NCBI RefSeq assembly: GCF_003918875.1 | Contig: NW_025766151.1 | Location: 1 to 63,365, forward strand | Reading direction: 5' to 3' | DNA length: 63,365 nt | DNA from: Haliotis rubra | Taxonomy: Eukaryota | The notes under the pieces: model-generated | Databases searched by the model: none | Seen by the model: only the letters and a program-made list of their open reading frames with translations | Told to the model about the DNA's origin: nothing | Translations under genes and position numbers: made by a program | In this document: piece by piece, positions 14,311 through 27,917 of the stretch | Position numbering within the stretch: position 1 is the first letter of the stretch | How the letters are laid out: each line of letters opens with the position of its first letter

Positions 14311-14744
14311 TATTATGATAATCCAGATGCACATAATACTGACAACTATAAAGTCCGTGTATTCATGATATTCTTGAAATAATCACATACTGACATTAAT
14401 TCATGAATCCATACATCGGCAGAAGTAAAATAAGAATACCGAGAGTGTATGATAATAGGCTACTAAAGGCTCGTCTTCATTATGTTCATAGTTCTTTGAC
14501 ACAAGGTATAACTTCCGCCCGTATCCCCCCTAAATTTTAACAATGAGATACAATTAAAATACATGTTAAAACTCATCCTTATCAGATAAATATATATATT
14601 CAGGTGATATGATTTGACTAGAATGAAATTTAAGGTGGGATACAGACGGAAGTCTTTCCTTAAACATATTATTAATTCAGAGTATATCAGAAAAATCAAC
14701 ATTGTTTGTGATGTCCTTTCAGACAAATCCTGATTAGCTTGACC

Positions 14745-17700
14745 ATGGTGTTTTTCTCCTGTAACGTATGTAATGAAGCCCTTAAAAAGAACCAGGTTGA
14801 AAAACACTGCATGACAAAATGTCGAAACTGTCAGTCTGTATGTTGTATTGACTGTGGCCAAGACTTCTGGTGAGTTATTATTATTTTATTATTATTATAG
14901 GATATTTATATAGCGCACATATCCACGCACTAGTGCATGCTCAAGGCTCTGGTATTTTTTCCCTCGATCATTGGATGTCAATCTCAACGGCACATCGCAT
15001 TATCAATCTCAACTCCCTGGGGATCATACAACTCTTGCAGCCACTAGGTGCACCGAGTTATTGTGGCTTTCTCATCCTAACGAGTTCACTAATTGTCAAG
15101 GTAACCATGGCTTCATTTTCGTTTAATACATTACAAGACGCCACTTCACCCTATCATCATAATAATCATGTCAACATGATATGTTTTTTTATTTTATTTG
15201 TGTTCATAAACATTGCTAAAAATACATTTCCACTATGCCAACTATACACTTTACAAAAGCATGGATCGATTAAGCCTCATAAAAATGCTTAACTCCCCGA
15301 ACTGGCTAGTTGAACTTGTTGTTATGTAATTTAGACAACAAAAAGAGCTGTTTACGAAGAATGCCAGTAGCATGTTCACCTGATGTAGGGGCAAGAATTA
15401 GCCTAGAAATGTTGTGTTGTAAATAGTAAAGAAGTTGTAAAACCATACCATACGTTGTTGTGTTTTCCTGTTTGTTCAACTCATGTCATGGTTATAGGGG
15501 AAATGACTTCGAGAAGCACACAAAGTGTATCAGTGAAGACCAGAAGTACTCTGGGAAGGGATATGTGGCCAAAGTCAACAAAGGCGAGGCCAAGCAGGAT
15601 CGCTGGATAGAGGTTAGTGAAGACTGCATTGGGAGTGATCTCCCTGTCTTAAGGAAAATTGTTAATGTAACCGTAACATGATCGTGCATGGAGCTGTGAG
15701 ACTATTGGTTTGTGCATTGTGTAAATGTAAGTTTTCATTTTTAGGCCATGATGTTCTTGATGTGTATTCTTAAGGAACGATCGTAAAATTATTGTCCCCC
15801 TGAGAGGGTACGTAAATCCCAAAACTCTGAAAGTCAATTTAAACTTACCTGTATTTTTAAACGTAGTATTCTTGTTATTTTAATTTTGGCTAACATTTCT
15901 TATAATCGCCAACGGCTGAAGGGATGGTGTAAATCCAACTAGGGTCCATGCAGGTAGCAAAGGTACTATAAGTCCCCATGGTCCCTAGTAAGGTGATCTA
16001 CCTTCTGTTGTTGGCAATCTATAGCCTGTTTTTTATATTGTATTGTCCCTATAGTGCTATTAGTTTTAAACTTTCCACGCTAGTTTTAATTCTAATTGTG
16101 ATATTTTAGTTGTTTTACTGTCTTTCGTCGACAGGTTTTTAGAATTATACATATATTCCACTTCAAAATCAAATATGTTCTCGTCACGATATGGCTGAAA
16201 TATTGCCGATGTGAAGTTAAATAATAACTCACTCACTCTTAATGAACGATACAGAGTTAATGAACATGTTTAACTTTATACCCTCATCATATCCCACTCG
16301 TCACCATGATGAAGACGCTGTGAGGAATCTGGGTATCTCAGTATCCCAGATCAATGATAACCCCAGGGTAGAACTGGTTTTCAGCAACCAATTCTTGTCG
16401 TAAGAAAGCGGTGGGGTAGCCTCGAGGTTAAAGTGTTCGCTCATCACACCGAAGACACAGGTTCAATTCCCCGACTGCTTTAATGTGTGAAACCCATTTC
16501 TGATGACCCCCACCGTGTTAATGCTGCAATATTGCTAAAAGCGGCATAAAACTAAACTCACTCACTCGTAACAGGAACCTAACAGGTTCAGGTGGTCAGG
16601 CTCGCTGACTTCGTTGACAGTAATGACACATGTCATCATATCCCAGTTGCAAAGATTGATAATCATAATCAGTGGATTGTCTGGTCCAGACTCATTGTCA
16701 TATTGCAGTAGTAAAAGCTATATTGATTCTTAGCTTTATGATATTTTTTAGATTTATTAGTAATCATAGTAACTCACTTATAAATTTAAAGGATGATGTT
16801 ATTACGAAAGCTGTAACCATGGTAACTGATATTTTTTATGATGATATTACAGCAGGTCCAGTCAGCCATAGATAACCAGAGGGGAGGCAACCCCAGACTA
16901 CGAGGCACCCTGGAGAGCATCAAGAACTATCCTAACATTCCTCGAAAGAAGAACAAGTTTGAGGTCAGTAGGGCTGTCACTGAAAAGAAATTGTAATATT
17001 GAGAAAGAAGTATCCACAACGTGATATTTATACTGATTATTAAGGTTAATTATTATGTATTTTTATAGCTGTAATTTGAAATGTTTGCCTTCTCACAGCT
17101 CCATCTTAACCATGGTGATCTTTACATAAGTAAATGTCAATATTTATGTGTCAATGAACTATTGATTTTGTTTTGGTATTCATAAGTTTGTATGGATGTA
17201 GTATCGCCATCAATACTGTAATAATATCATCCTATAACATGACATGCTTAGGTTTTGAAGAGGCATATCAGTTTGGATTTAGTTTCGCTATTACAAGTTT
17301 AATGATGTGTAATTGTATATTCAATATTTCTTTTTGGGGGTTTCAGAATTTCCTGATGAACAGCCTACGGATCCGTGATCCAGGCTTAATCTCCCAGCTG
17401 TGGAATGTGCTTATGGAGCAGGCTGTCAAGGTGAAACATAAGCACCTTTGGTACTACAGTATGTCAAGATAAGACTACTGTCACAATATCACATATATGA
17501 CAATGGACCCGTGAAGGTCCGGGTTAGAATATTGATCTTCAGTAATTTATGTTTGTCGTAAGAGGCAACTAACAGGATCGGGTGGTCAGGCTCACTGACT
17601 TGGTTGACACATGTCATTGGTTCCCAATTCCCAGATCGATGCTCATGCTGTTGATCACTGGATTGTCTGGTCCAGACTTGATTATTTACAGACCGCCGCT

Positions 17701-19379
17701 GGAATATTGCTGAGTGCGGCGTAAAACTCAACTAACTCACTCACTCACCTTTGACAATGCTTGAGTCATGATATCATACATATCATAATGCTTGTCCTGA
17801 TATCACACATATAACAATGTTTGGGTCACAATATCTTACATATTACGATGCTTGAGTATTGATATACGTATCACAATGCTTAATTAATGTTATCATTGAT
17901 ATCATAATGCTTGAGGAACAGTATCATACATATCATAATATGCAAGTAACGATTCAATAAACAATACAATGTTTGTGCCATGATATACATATTGTAATGC
18001 TTGAGTCATGATATGATTGATATCTCAATGCTTGAGTCACATCATACATATCACAAAGCGTGAGTCATGATATCATGCACATTGTAAAGTTAAGTCATGA
18101 TACCGAACATATCTTGTTGCTTGGGTCTCGATACCATACATACAATGATGCTCGAGTCTCAATATTGTACATGTCGTGCATGTTAACCATGTAAACTGTT
18201 TGCCATCTTTTAGCATCTTCCATGTCCCTCAGCTTGCATGGCTAAGATGTGGTATTCACTCACTCACCCCTGAAGATCCGGGTTAGAATTGATCTTGAGT
18301 AACCCATACTTGTAAGAGGCGACTAGGTTGACACTTGTCATCGTATCCCAATTGCGTAGATCGATGTTTATGTTGATCCCTGGATTGTCTGGTCCAGACT
18401 TGATTATTTACAGACCGACACCATATAGCTGGAATATTGCTGAGTGTGGTGTAAAACTCACTCACTCACTAACTCTTGTTTCAGAACATGCAGCACGCTG
18501 CTCAGGACAAGCAAGATCACAATAAGGCAGCAGCAGAAGCTGAGAAAACACTGACACAACAAACATTCAAAACGGTGTCAGTGAAAATGGACACGCAGAG
18601 AAAGAGCAGAAACTGAGTAAGAGAGAAAGGAAGGAAGAAAGGAGGAAAAAGATGAATAAAAAGGAGAAAAAGGACAAGAGTGGAGCAGACGATGAAGATG
18701 AGGAACCAACAGAAGAGCAGTCGAAGTCAAAGAAGAAGAAAAAACGGAAACGTGAGGAAGAGCAGGTTGAAGTCAAGGGAAAGAAGAGGAAGAGGATGGA
18801 GGAAGATGAGGTGGAGGAAGAACCAGATGAGCCTGAAGAGGAGGAGGAGGAGCCTGTTAAGAAAAAAACTAAGTTTGACTGGGAAAGTGTGATCACTGAA
18901 GTGTTGACATCGAAAGGGGAAATTGCAATCAAGAAATTGAAGAAAAAGGTGGGTATCTGTTTTCGTTTGTTGTTTGAAATGTTCAATGCTGCTCTCAGTA
19001 ATATTCCAACTCGGCAGGATGTAGAATGATTGACATGTATGTGTTTACAGTCTTTCTTTTTGTACCCGAGGTGATATCAAAATATCCGCCCTCTGTGTAT
19101 GTCTACAATCTCTCTCTCTGTGCCCTCTGATATTCGAAAGTATCTATTCATGTCTCTGTGCCAACTGTGATATGTGATATTCGAGTATCTATTCATGTAG
19201 AATGATTAATGTGTATGTGTTTACAATCTTTCTGTCCCCAGGTCATCTCGGAGTATCTATCACAGATGGGACCACCAAAGTCCGAGGAAAAGCTTTGGGC
19301 TAAGTTTGAGAAGAAGGTTTCCAAAAACCCAAACTTCAAAGTAACCAAAGAACGGGTTAAACTTGTAGGAGAGACGTGA
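14745..19379 (+). CDS. LYAR: Cell growth-regulating nucleolar protein LYAR
   Basis: Exons 14745-14869, 15498-15612, 16853-16963, 17347-17430, 18485-18948 and 19242-19379, all GT-AG. N-terminus MVFFSCNVCNEALKKNQVEKHC...CIDCGQDFWGNDFEKHTKCISEDQKY (two LYAR-type C2HC zinc fingers), NIPRKKNKFENF, a Lys/Glu-rich region, and C-terminal KFDWESVI...IKKLKKKV...KVTKERVKL. One base is missing near the A-run at ~18545. Confidence 0.95.
14875..15100 (-). mobile_element. SINE or LINE remnant with an L2-type 3' tail and (TAA)n end
   Basis: Reverse complement ends ...ccttgagcatgc...gcgctatataaatatcctataataataa, similar to the tail at 36600-36715. Confidence 0.55.
17507..17748 (+). mobile_element. SINE family 2 (~250 bp; core cttgtcgtaagaggcgactaa resembles the Nin/Deu domain; (ACTC)n tail), representative copy
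   Basis: Other full or partial copies at about 9095-9190(-), 16360-16700, 18265-18470, 20506-20770, 21634-21835(-), 23530-23772(-), 35504-35615(-), 38570-38782, 43038-43210, 46950-47170(-), 48190-48448(-), 48636-48895(-), 53100-53320, 55788-56025 and 63210-63310. Confidence 0.88.
17750..18180. repeat. Degenerate ~30-bp tandem repeat in LYAR intron 4
   Basis: Recurrent atgcttgagtcatgatatcatacatatca. Confidence 0.8.
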
Positions 19380-22300
19380 TATAGGATTTGTGTTTTATGA
19401 TGGTATCAATATGTCTACACTGTTAATGAAAAATAACATCTTCAACAGATGTTTATGACTTGTCTAATAACTCAAAGCGAGAGTGTAGACTGTTTTACTG
19501 TGAAATTGAAATAATTTTACAAAGCATTAAGGAATTTATTCTTAACAATGATACCCAAACATAATGTTCAAAATAGTGTAATTTGAAGGTATGGAAATGA
19601 ATTCCATGCTGTTATTTTAAACAGCTATGTGGTAATATCAGTACAGCCAAAGTAGAGGAAGACCTTATCAACATAATCACTGGTCTACTTCTGAGAATGA
19701 TATGTGTTAAATATCAAGACTCAAAAGTTTAGAGTGTCCCAAATTGTAGATCCCACTTATCGTAAATACCCTATGTCATGTTTCACACAGCGATCATAAT
19801 GGTACGGCTATCATAACTCTCACTCTCACAGTTTAACATGGACTTATGACAGTCGTTGTGCAATGATGACTTCACGAAACTAGACCACAGACCTTCTTGG
19901 TCTCTTTCATCATTTACAGATCCAGAGGGTGGTTCAATGGATGCTCACTCCCAGAGAGGGATGGTGGGGTAGCGTAATGATTTAAAGAGTCCACTCGTCA
20001 CGCTGAAAATCCAGGTTCGATTCCACATACGGGTACAATGTGTGAAGCCCATTTCTGTAGTCCTTTACCATGATATTGCCATGATATTGCTAAAAGTGAT
20101 GTAAAAACATATTTACACGCTTCCAGAGAATTTCCATTGCAGATGAGTGTAGTTGAATTTATTGCTTAGTTTTTGCTCACTATGAATCTAAAGCTATGGT
20201 AGAGAGTGGATTCAGAATAGATGTGTGAGTATGATCTTAAGCCACTTGTGCAATATTTCAGCAATATCATGGTTGGGGATACTGGGAATGGGCTTCACAC
20301 ATTGTACATTTGTGGAGAACTGAACCAGGACTTGAGTGTGACAAGCCAACGCTTTAACCATGATAACCATTAGGCTAACCCACCTAAGATGTGTTCATAA
20401 AGTCTGAGGGGAAGTATTTCTTTCTGAAATGTACTTACAGTTGATGATAACATCCCTGATAGTCCAGCGTATCATAATTCCATTCCATTATGATTACTAC
20501 TCTGGAACTCGTGAAGATCTGGGTTAGAATATTGATCTTCAGTAACCCATGCTTGTTGAAAGAGGCAACTAACCGGATCAGGTGCTCAGGCTCACCGACT
20601 TGCTTGACACATGTCACGGTAGATTGATGTCTTTGTATACCAGTTGCGTAGATCGATGCTAACGCTATTGATCACTGGATTGTCTGGTCCAGACTCGATT
20701 ACTTACAGACCGCTGCCATATAGCTGGAATATGGCTGAGTGCGGCGTAAAACTAAACTCACTTATTCACGTTACTACTGTAGACTCATTCCATTTCATTT
20801 TAAATCCAATACAATTGGCAACACACTAATAATAGCCAATCATTAGAACTACACAAAATTGCTTACGGGCACTCCTTATAAGGGAAGTAACAATGTCGTG
20901 TCTCAAATACAACCTGGAATTTCCGGTAGCAGTAGGCATGTCCCTAGCCTTTATTCTTAAGAAAAGATTTTGTTTATCTGAAAGTTCATTCTGATTTGTA
21001 AGAAAGTCCTTGATTTAGAAATATATATTTGATGGACTTGCTTGAATGAGGCTGCTAGTACTACTTGGCTTGTTTTAATGTAGATCTGTGCCAAACTGAT
21101 TCAAACTCATGAGCAGCAGAAATTTTGTGCTTGATGAGAAATGATTGGGAAAGGTTGTAACATTACTTCCACAGCACACATTCAGTGGCGTAGGGATCCA
21201 GCTTAGAGCATGATGGAATGGTTGTATAATAATAGTCTGGTGGGTCAAAGATGGCACAATGAAAAAAGGTGGTTCAATCCACTTAAAGTAAGTAAACAAT
21301 ATTTTTGCATTTCATGAATTTTTTAGTGTATTATCTCAGTCATTTTACTGAGGCCATATGGCGGAGGGCTCAAAGGGAGGTAACTGTGTATCACTGTTCT
21401 ACTCCCATCATCCTTCACTGATTGTATGATGTATCTTTTCACTTATAGAATGGAAATGTTGTTACATCATTGTTGGAGAAGAATGGAAATAAAGTTATCT
21501 ACAAACATAAAGATTGTCCCATTGTTTGTAAATGTTCTCATTTAATAAGATATTACTTGAATAGATACCACGATGTATGCACGTCTGGAGAAAATGTGCT
21601 GAGCCCAAGTAGCCTTTGTCTGACAGGATTTAGGTGTTTGTTGTTGTATGCCGCACACCGCAATATACCAGCTATATGGCAGCAGTCTGTAAATATTCCA
21701 GTCTGGACCAGACAATCCAGTGATCAATAGCATGAGCATCAACCTACATAATTTGATATGATGATATGTGTCAACCAAGTCAGCGTGACTGACCACCTGA
21801 TCACGTTAAACACCTCTTACAACAAGCATGGATTGTGCTTCACATTACAAACAAATACAAATTGTCAGGTGAGCAACAGAGCTTGTTGGCTCTTTAATTT
21901 ATTTGGATGTAACGAAAATGCTACGCTACAGTAAAAATTCAAACAAAACCATCTCTGGAATATTGCAAGTGGAAAAGTTGGAATGACTTAAACAAAAAAA
22001 TATACACCATTGTATACATGCGTCGCTTCACACAAATGCTTTGGTACACTTAAACCAAACAGGGTGATGAAATGAATAGAAAAATAACCGTATTTGAATT
22101 ATGAAGAATTATTTGCACACAGCCCATACAAAGGTCATATAAAGTAAACATATCAAATTAACATAGAAATTAAATATTTTACTGAAACACTTTGAAAACA
22201 CACACAGGTCCACACAAAGACCAACTGGAAGCTCGTGTCTTTTTCTGACAACATAAATGAGGATTCAAACTCGGAATAACTTATTGCAATTTTATCTGCC

Positions 22301-23075
22301 CTCAGGCGTCCCTATCACAAAACACTTATTCTTTGTGTTAGTTCTCTGAAACTTATTTCCCAAATTCATCGCTGCGTTTTTACAGAGTGTCAGTCTATAC
22401 CAACCATACAATGATTGTCTTGATGGCTTCTCTGGATTTATCAACCCTGACAACTGATGTTGTCACTGGTTACAGTTCCTTGTATTTCTGTCCAATAGCC
22501 AAGTTCCACATAAAGCAGCCTGCGATCCAGCAGAACTTACCATTACCATTTTCAGTGGAACCATTACAACACTGTGAACCAAACTCCTCCGATTAAGTGA
22601 AATGTATGAAAAGAATTTTTTTTTTAAAAACACATTTTCTGAAACAGAAGAGATAATGAGTGAGTGAGTTAAAATTTAAAGTTGTATCGGCATAATTTTA
22701 GCCATGGAGAGAGGAACAAGACAATAACTTTGACAATGATACACACATAGTGATGAAGATGACAATGACTTCAGAACAGTCATTGCCAAACATGTAAACT
22801 CAAAAACAATAAACAAATAATAATCAACAAGTAATCAATTGTCTTAAAGTATAGTGGGAAGTTTTGCAAATCTTGATGAGTTGGGAAAATATAACATATT
22901 GAAAATTAATATTTTAATCAAAAACAATATCAAACATGGTAATAATGATTACTAATTATTTTAAATGTGTTCGACTCAAGTTACCCAAGTATTCCTAACT
23001 GATTCAATTTGAGGCTACATGTCTGAATCAGGTGATGATAGCCTTATGTAAATACAAATTCATCAGTATGCTGAC

Positions 23076-23468
23076 TAGGGATGCCATCGATAAATCGATG
23101 CTTTTTCTAAGACGATACAATTATCGATACATTCAAAACTGTATCGATATTTAGTTTTGAAAGTATCGGTTTAAATATGTTTATGTATTGTTTACAATTT
23201 GCAATTGTATCATTTTTTTTTATGTTATGAGAGTTATAAATGATTATTTTTCATGCACAAAGATGGGTTTTAGAACTTTTTAATCTCTGAGAATAAAAGA
23301 TCTTGATCTTTTCGCGGACAATTATAAAATATGAAATATTAATGTTCACAATGAACTAAATTTACACAAGAACGCCCGCAAAAATAGGTATCGTGATACG
23401 TATCGAATCTTGACATGGGTATCGTAACATGTATTGATTCATGAAACTTATGTATCATGACATCCCTA
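23076..23468. mobile_element. Non-autonomous hAT element (MITE)
   Basis: TIRs TAGGGATG...CATCCCTA, 8-bp TSD ATGCTGAC at 23068-23075 and 23469-23476, subterminal atcgat/gtatcg repeats. Confidence 0.9.
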
Positions 23469-24591
23469 ATGCTGACAACATCCAGGTTTTATGCGACGCA
23501 CAAACGTGTGTCTGGTACACACATGTATAGAGTGAGTGAGTATAGTTTTAGGCTGCACTCAGCAATATTCCAGCTTTATGGCGGTGGTCTGTAAATAATT
23601 GATCCTGGACCAGACAATCAAGTGATCAACAGCATGAGCATTGATTTGGGTAAGTGGGAACCGATGACATGTGTCAACCAAGCCAGCGAGCCTGACCATC
23701 CGATCCCGTTAGTCGCCTCGTACGACAAGCATGGATTGCTGAAGATCAATTCTAACCCGTACTTTCATGGGTGCATATGTATAGACTTCACACAGAAATA
23801 ACATTCACAGAGGGACACACAATATTATTCATTGTACCTACAACACATAGGCTTTGCTTAGTGTTGCTTCATGTAACCTGCACAAAACAGATCTTGATTC
23901 AATTAATCTACAATACAACAAATGTCACTTGATGTGCCCCAAAAACTGTCAGATCTAAGACTCTTCAGAATTTACTAAGCTACCCTGGGATGTCTAATAA
24001 TAATGATGATGATGATACTATAGGAAATAAATATGCGAACATAATGTGATAATATACCCAGTATTCATCATTAAAACGATCAGTGGGTGTTTGGCAGTGT
24101 AGTGATATCTGACATATCCACAATTCACAACTATGCATTTAAATTAATCACAATAGGTAATGTTCTTTAGCCAGAACTGTCACTCTAACATTTAATGTCT
24201 TCACACAGGTTTTTGGAAGGTCAAGCCATTGTACATTTACATGTAAGTAAGGAAATTCAGAACAACAGTCCGACAAATTCAAACCAAACAAGAAATTCAT
24301 GTCTGTTCACAATAAAGTCACCTTCAGGCCTTTCCAAGACCCAACAGTGACATTCAAGTGCTTCTGTCCTCAATCAACTCATAATAGAAAAGAATATTTT
24401 GCTGAACAGTTAATATGTTGTTTGTTTGTCTGTTGTTTAATGCAGATAATATTCTGGCTTTACGGCAGCGGTTGTAAATAATCGAGCACAGGTTGCTGAC
24501 AACCAATTCTAACCCAGATCTTCATAGGTCCAAAACACTTAATAAAATCATGAACATGCCATTGTTACAGAGGAAGCCACTCCACACAGCA

Positions 24592-25759
24592 TCATGATAC
24601 ACAACCTTCTCCATATGGACAAGTGTCCTGCTCGACCCATCCCTTGAGATCCGAGTACACCTGTGTGGGCTGCTCGACATCATGCAGACGTTCACAGAGG
24701 CCACACCAGTTCATGCGCGTCCACCCATTGGGGACTAACTTGTAATCCTTCTTCCAGGAAAAATAGGAATTATAGAGAGATTCATTCCTCGCAACTTTCA
24801 TAAGATACTCAGCCAGACTTCTGACATTTGGAAAGTCATCCACATTTATGTAGGACCCAGGGGGCACCATTGTTTTATAGTCAGCTCCGCCTCGCACAAC
24901 CGGGATCTGATCCCGAATTATTGGCCGCCAGAACTTTTCTGTTAAGTAATCCCGACAATACCCATTTTCAAATGACAAATAGAACTTGTAGTCATCAAAT
25001 ACTTCTCTGCAGCTTTTTTTACAATTCAGATTACCACATTTACCATATATGTCAATATCTATATACTGTTTGAGTTGTCGAACAACATTCATTCTTTTTG
25101 CTGCGATCATTACAGTTGCTGCTTACCCACAATGCCATTTTTGTTTTCTTCCTGTGATAATTTTCTTTCTTGAAATGCAAAATTTTGTCTTGAGGACTTA
25201 AAGGCACCCATCGCCCATATGGAGAAAAGATTGTTGCATCTTTACGATACCAACTGGTCCAGTTGAATACCCCATTGAACTTGCTCAGTGGAAGATAAAT
25301 ATAATTAGGTGGTTCAGTGTTATGCAGAATCCAGATCTGATCCGTAGTTCGTGACAAGGGTAGCGGACTGTCTGGATGGTCAGATAGATCTCGGACGTTG
25401 AACAGCACAGAATGGCTGGACGTGAGGAGGTGTCTGTTTGTGGTCACCTCACAGTTGGTCACTGGACAGTCCTGGAAGACATTGTGGTCAGCGTCCCACA
25501 CGAGACCTGTGAAGAAGGGTGTCCACAGAACAACCAGCTTCCGGCCATCACCGGTATGGCCAACAGGGGTCCCTGCATCTGGGAAGATGGTCACGAACCG
25601 AGGATCTTTGGAATTGTAGCTCCACTGTGACTGTGGAACACCTGACTGGTTGCATCGGAACCAGTTGTACAGTATAGTTGTCGACACTATCCCTACAACA
25701 ATGAACAACAGCAAACAGAACTTCCTCTGTCTTACTCGAAATGGCCATCTTGGAAACAT
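24592..25759 (-). CDS. Alpha-1,3-fucosyltransferase (GT10), type II membrane protein; one apparent frameshift
   Basis: N-terminal TM (FCLLLFIVVGIVSTTILY), CPVTNC, TEPP, FNWTSWYRKDA, WVSSNC, DIYGKCG, and the alpha-1,3-FucT motif YKFYLSFENGYCRDYLTEKFW. The two ORFs join if one T is removed from the T5 run at 25095-25099. The C-terminus may be spliced. Confidence 0.92.
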
Positions 25760-27001
25760 TTGGTCAGCATAGCAGACTTTTCAACACCTGAAACAACAAT
25801 TTTGATATATAGTTGATATGACCTTCCCTACAACACTCCAATATAAACCATAGAATTTTGTCATTGATATGGCTATCTAAAATGTCTTAAACATTGTTCA
25901 TCTCCTTGAAAGTAATTGAAAGATATTCTTTTCTTTACAAGACCCCATGAACCTAATATTTCAATGAGTGGAAATTAATAAAGGGAACCTTTACCATTCA
26001 GTTTTAGTTGCCTTGAAGTCTATCACAAAGAATTAGAAATCTCTGTGGCTAATTTCAATATTTGGACATTTTTGCATTGACGATTGGTTCTAAAACTACT
26101 TGTATATACATGTTACTTTTTTCTGGAAAAATCTGTATTTTGTAAATACTGACAGACAACGTGTTTCTATCTTGTGTTTTAATACGTTTTACCAGAGACC
26201 ATATAAATATGCATGGTCTCTGGTTTTACTTTTAGAGAACACCAGATTCTATCAAATATATTTGCCCCATCATCTCCTGCTCTGTTATCATTCTTCCCGT
26301 CCCCATGACAACGCGATAATCCAATAATCGCTAAGCAACAGAAAATATAAGCAACTAAAATTAAAACTAGTCCCAAATCTGCAAGATCTGGATCCCCTAG
26401 TCCTAGCGTACAGTGGCTTTCATTCGAAGACCAACATCAACGTATAAAAACAGATACAGGGAATACCTCTTCACTTTGGAAATATCCTCTCCTTTCCAAT
26501 CAACATATTCACTCGAGAACGATTACATTCATATGTAAATCGTTGTGTCTAAAGCCGCCAAATACGTGTGTCGCAAAATATCGGGCACCTTGTCGTCAAA
26601 CAATAACTGAACTCCTCACAGCGCTCTACTGGCTCAATGGATCAAAAGCGCATCCGCCGGTACAGTTTATTCAAACATGTCCTCAAATAAGAAGCTCGGT
26701 CGGTTTGAGCCTTTGTTGTGGAGTTTTAAAGAGGGGATGTAACTCTGCCCGAGTACGTTTATTGTCAAATAGATCAATATACCCAACAAAGAAGGATCGA
26801 GACAGGTGGGGATTCTCGATGAAGCGTGATGCTCTTAGCTGTCGGTATTTATTTTCCACTTTTTCCAAAGTCTCATGCGAAAGAAGTGTTTTAGGCAGAC
26901 TAAGCTTCCTAGCACATTGTTTTCTATGCATCAGTGTAATAATGTTTTAAACGTAAAATACAGTAACGTTATTTGACAGGGCTTGTAACGCTAAAAACTG
27001 C

Positions 27002-27093
27002 CATCAAGGTATGTACTGTCACTGACGGGGTCTTAGTACTATATCCTTTTATATAGTACTAAGACCCCGTCAGTGACAGTACATACCTTGATG
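27002..27093. repeat. Perfect inverted repeat: 43-bp arms, 6-nt loop
   Basis: catcaaggtatgtactgtcactgacggggtcttagtactatat / cctttt / exact reverse complement. Confidence 0.97.
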
Positions 27094-27500
27094 TCAGCAG
27101 TTACAGGCCCCTGTGGACCGGTGTTAAAATAGCATACATGTGTTGTCGCGTAGGGACCTAATAGGAACTAAATTGTTGTCAGTCTTGTTTCGCACTTAGA
27201 TATATGACGGCGGTCTGTAAATAATCAAGTCTATAAAATCCGCTGATTGATATTGTGAGAAACCAAGTCACTGACGGAGGTTGACTATCCTGTCTTCTCA
27301 TACGACCAGAATAGTTGGCTGGTGACTTATCTAACCCGGAATTTCTGCAGTAGTCTGTATCAGTTCGAATTCAGTTCTGTCGGACCCTTTCTGAGCAGCA
27401 GAAATCCTAAATTTAGCAAGTCTAGATCTTAATCTCCCAGCTCTCTGAGGATCCTTTTCAAGTTAAATGACGTTATTTGTTTCTACCAAAATTATATATA

Positions 27501-27917
27501 CTACCCATCAAATGTTTAGACTCACTGGTGTAAATGTAGTCACTTATTTTAGTCAACAGTTCTAAACTTGATTTTGCAAAATATTCCATTCAGTTGAAAG
27601 GTACTGTTTACACATTAACTAATGTATTGTGAAACAAATTCGTAACGTTGAAAAGATTATTGTCATGTGTTAATAAATGAAATAAATAAGTAGAAATTGG
27701 CGAATTCTTAACAAAACTTTACACCAAAACGCAGCTGTTCACATTAACGATATTTGCAGATGCCTTTTAGCAATTTGATGCATGATCCTCGTGCAATTCA
27801 TCTGCAAAAAATGAAGTTGGTTCCACCAAGTTAGTGGAGAAATTCATCTTCGATGTAACCATATATATACATAACATATAGTGAGTGCTTTAGGTGAGTC
27901 TAAACGTTTGATGGGTA
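27501..27917. mobile_element. Tc1/mariner-type MITE, copy A
   Basis: TIRs ctacccatcaaatgtttagactcac / gtgagtctaaacgtttgatgggta with TA flanks. A second copy lies at 35926-36594. Confidence 0.85.

Noticed and set aside
18567-18986. Ser/Phe-rich minus-strand ORF
   Set aside because: It is the antisense shadow of the Lys/Glu-rich LYAR exon 5.
22380-22600. Possible terminal exon of the fucosyltransferase
   Set aside because: I could not establish a convincing acceptor, phase or homology by eye.
26543-26950. ORFs of 135 aa (+) and 82 aa (-)
   Set aside because: No recognisable motifs or splice support; probably chance ORFs in the FucT upstream region.
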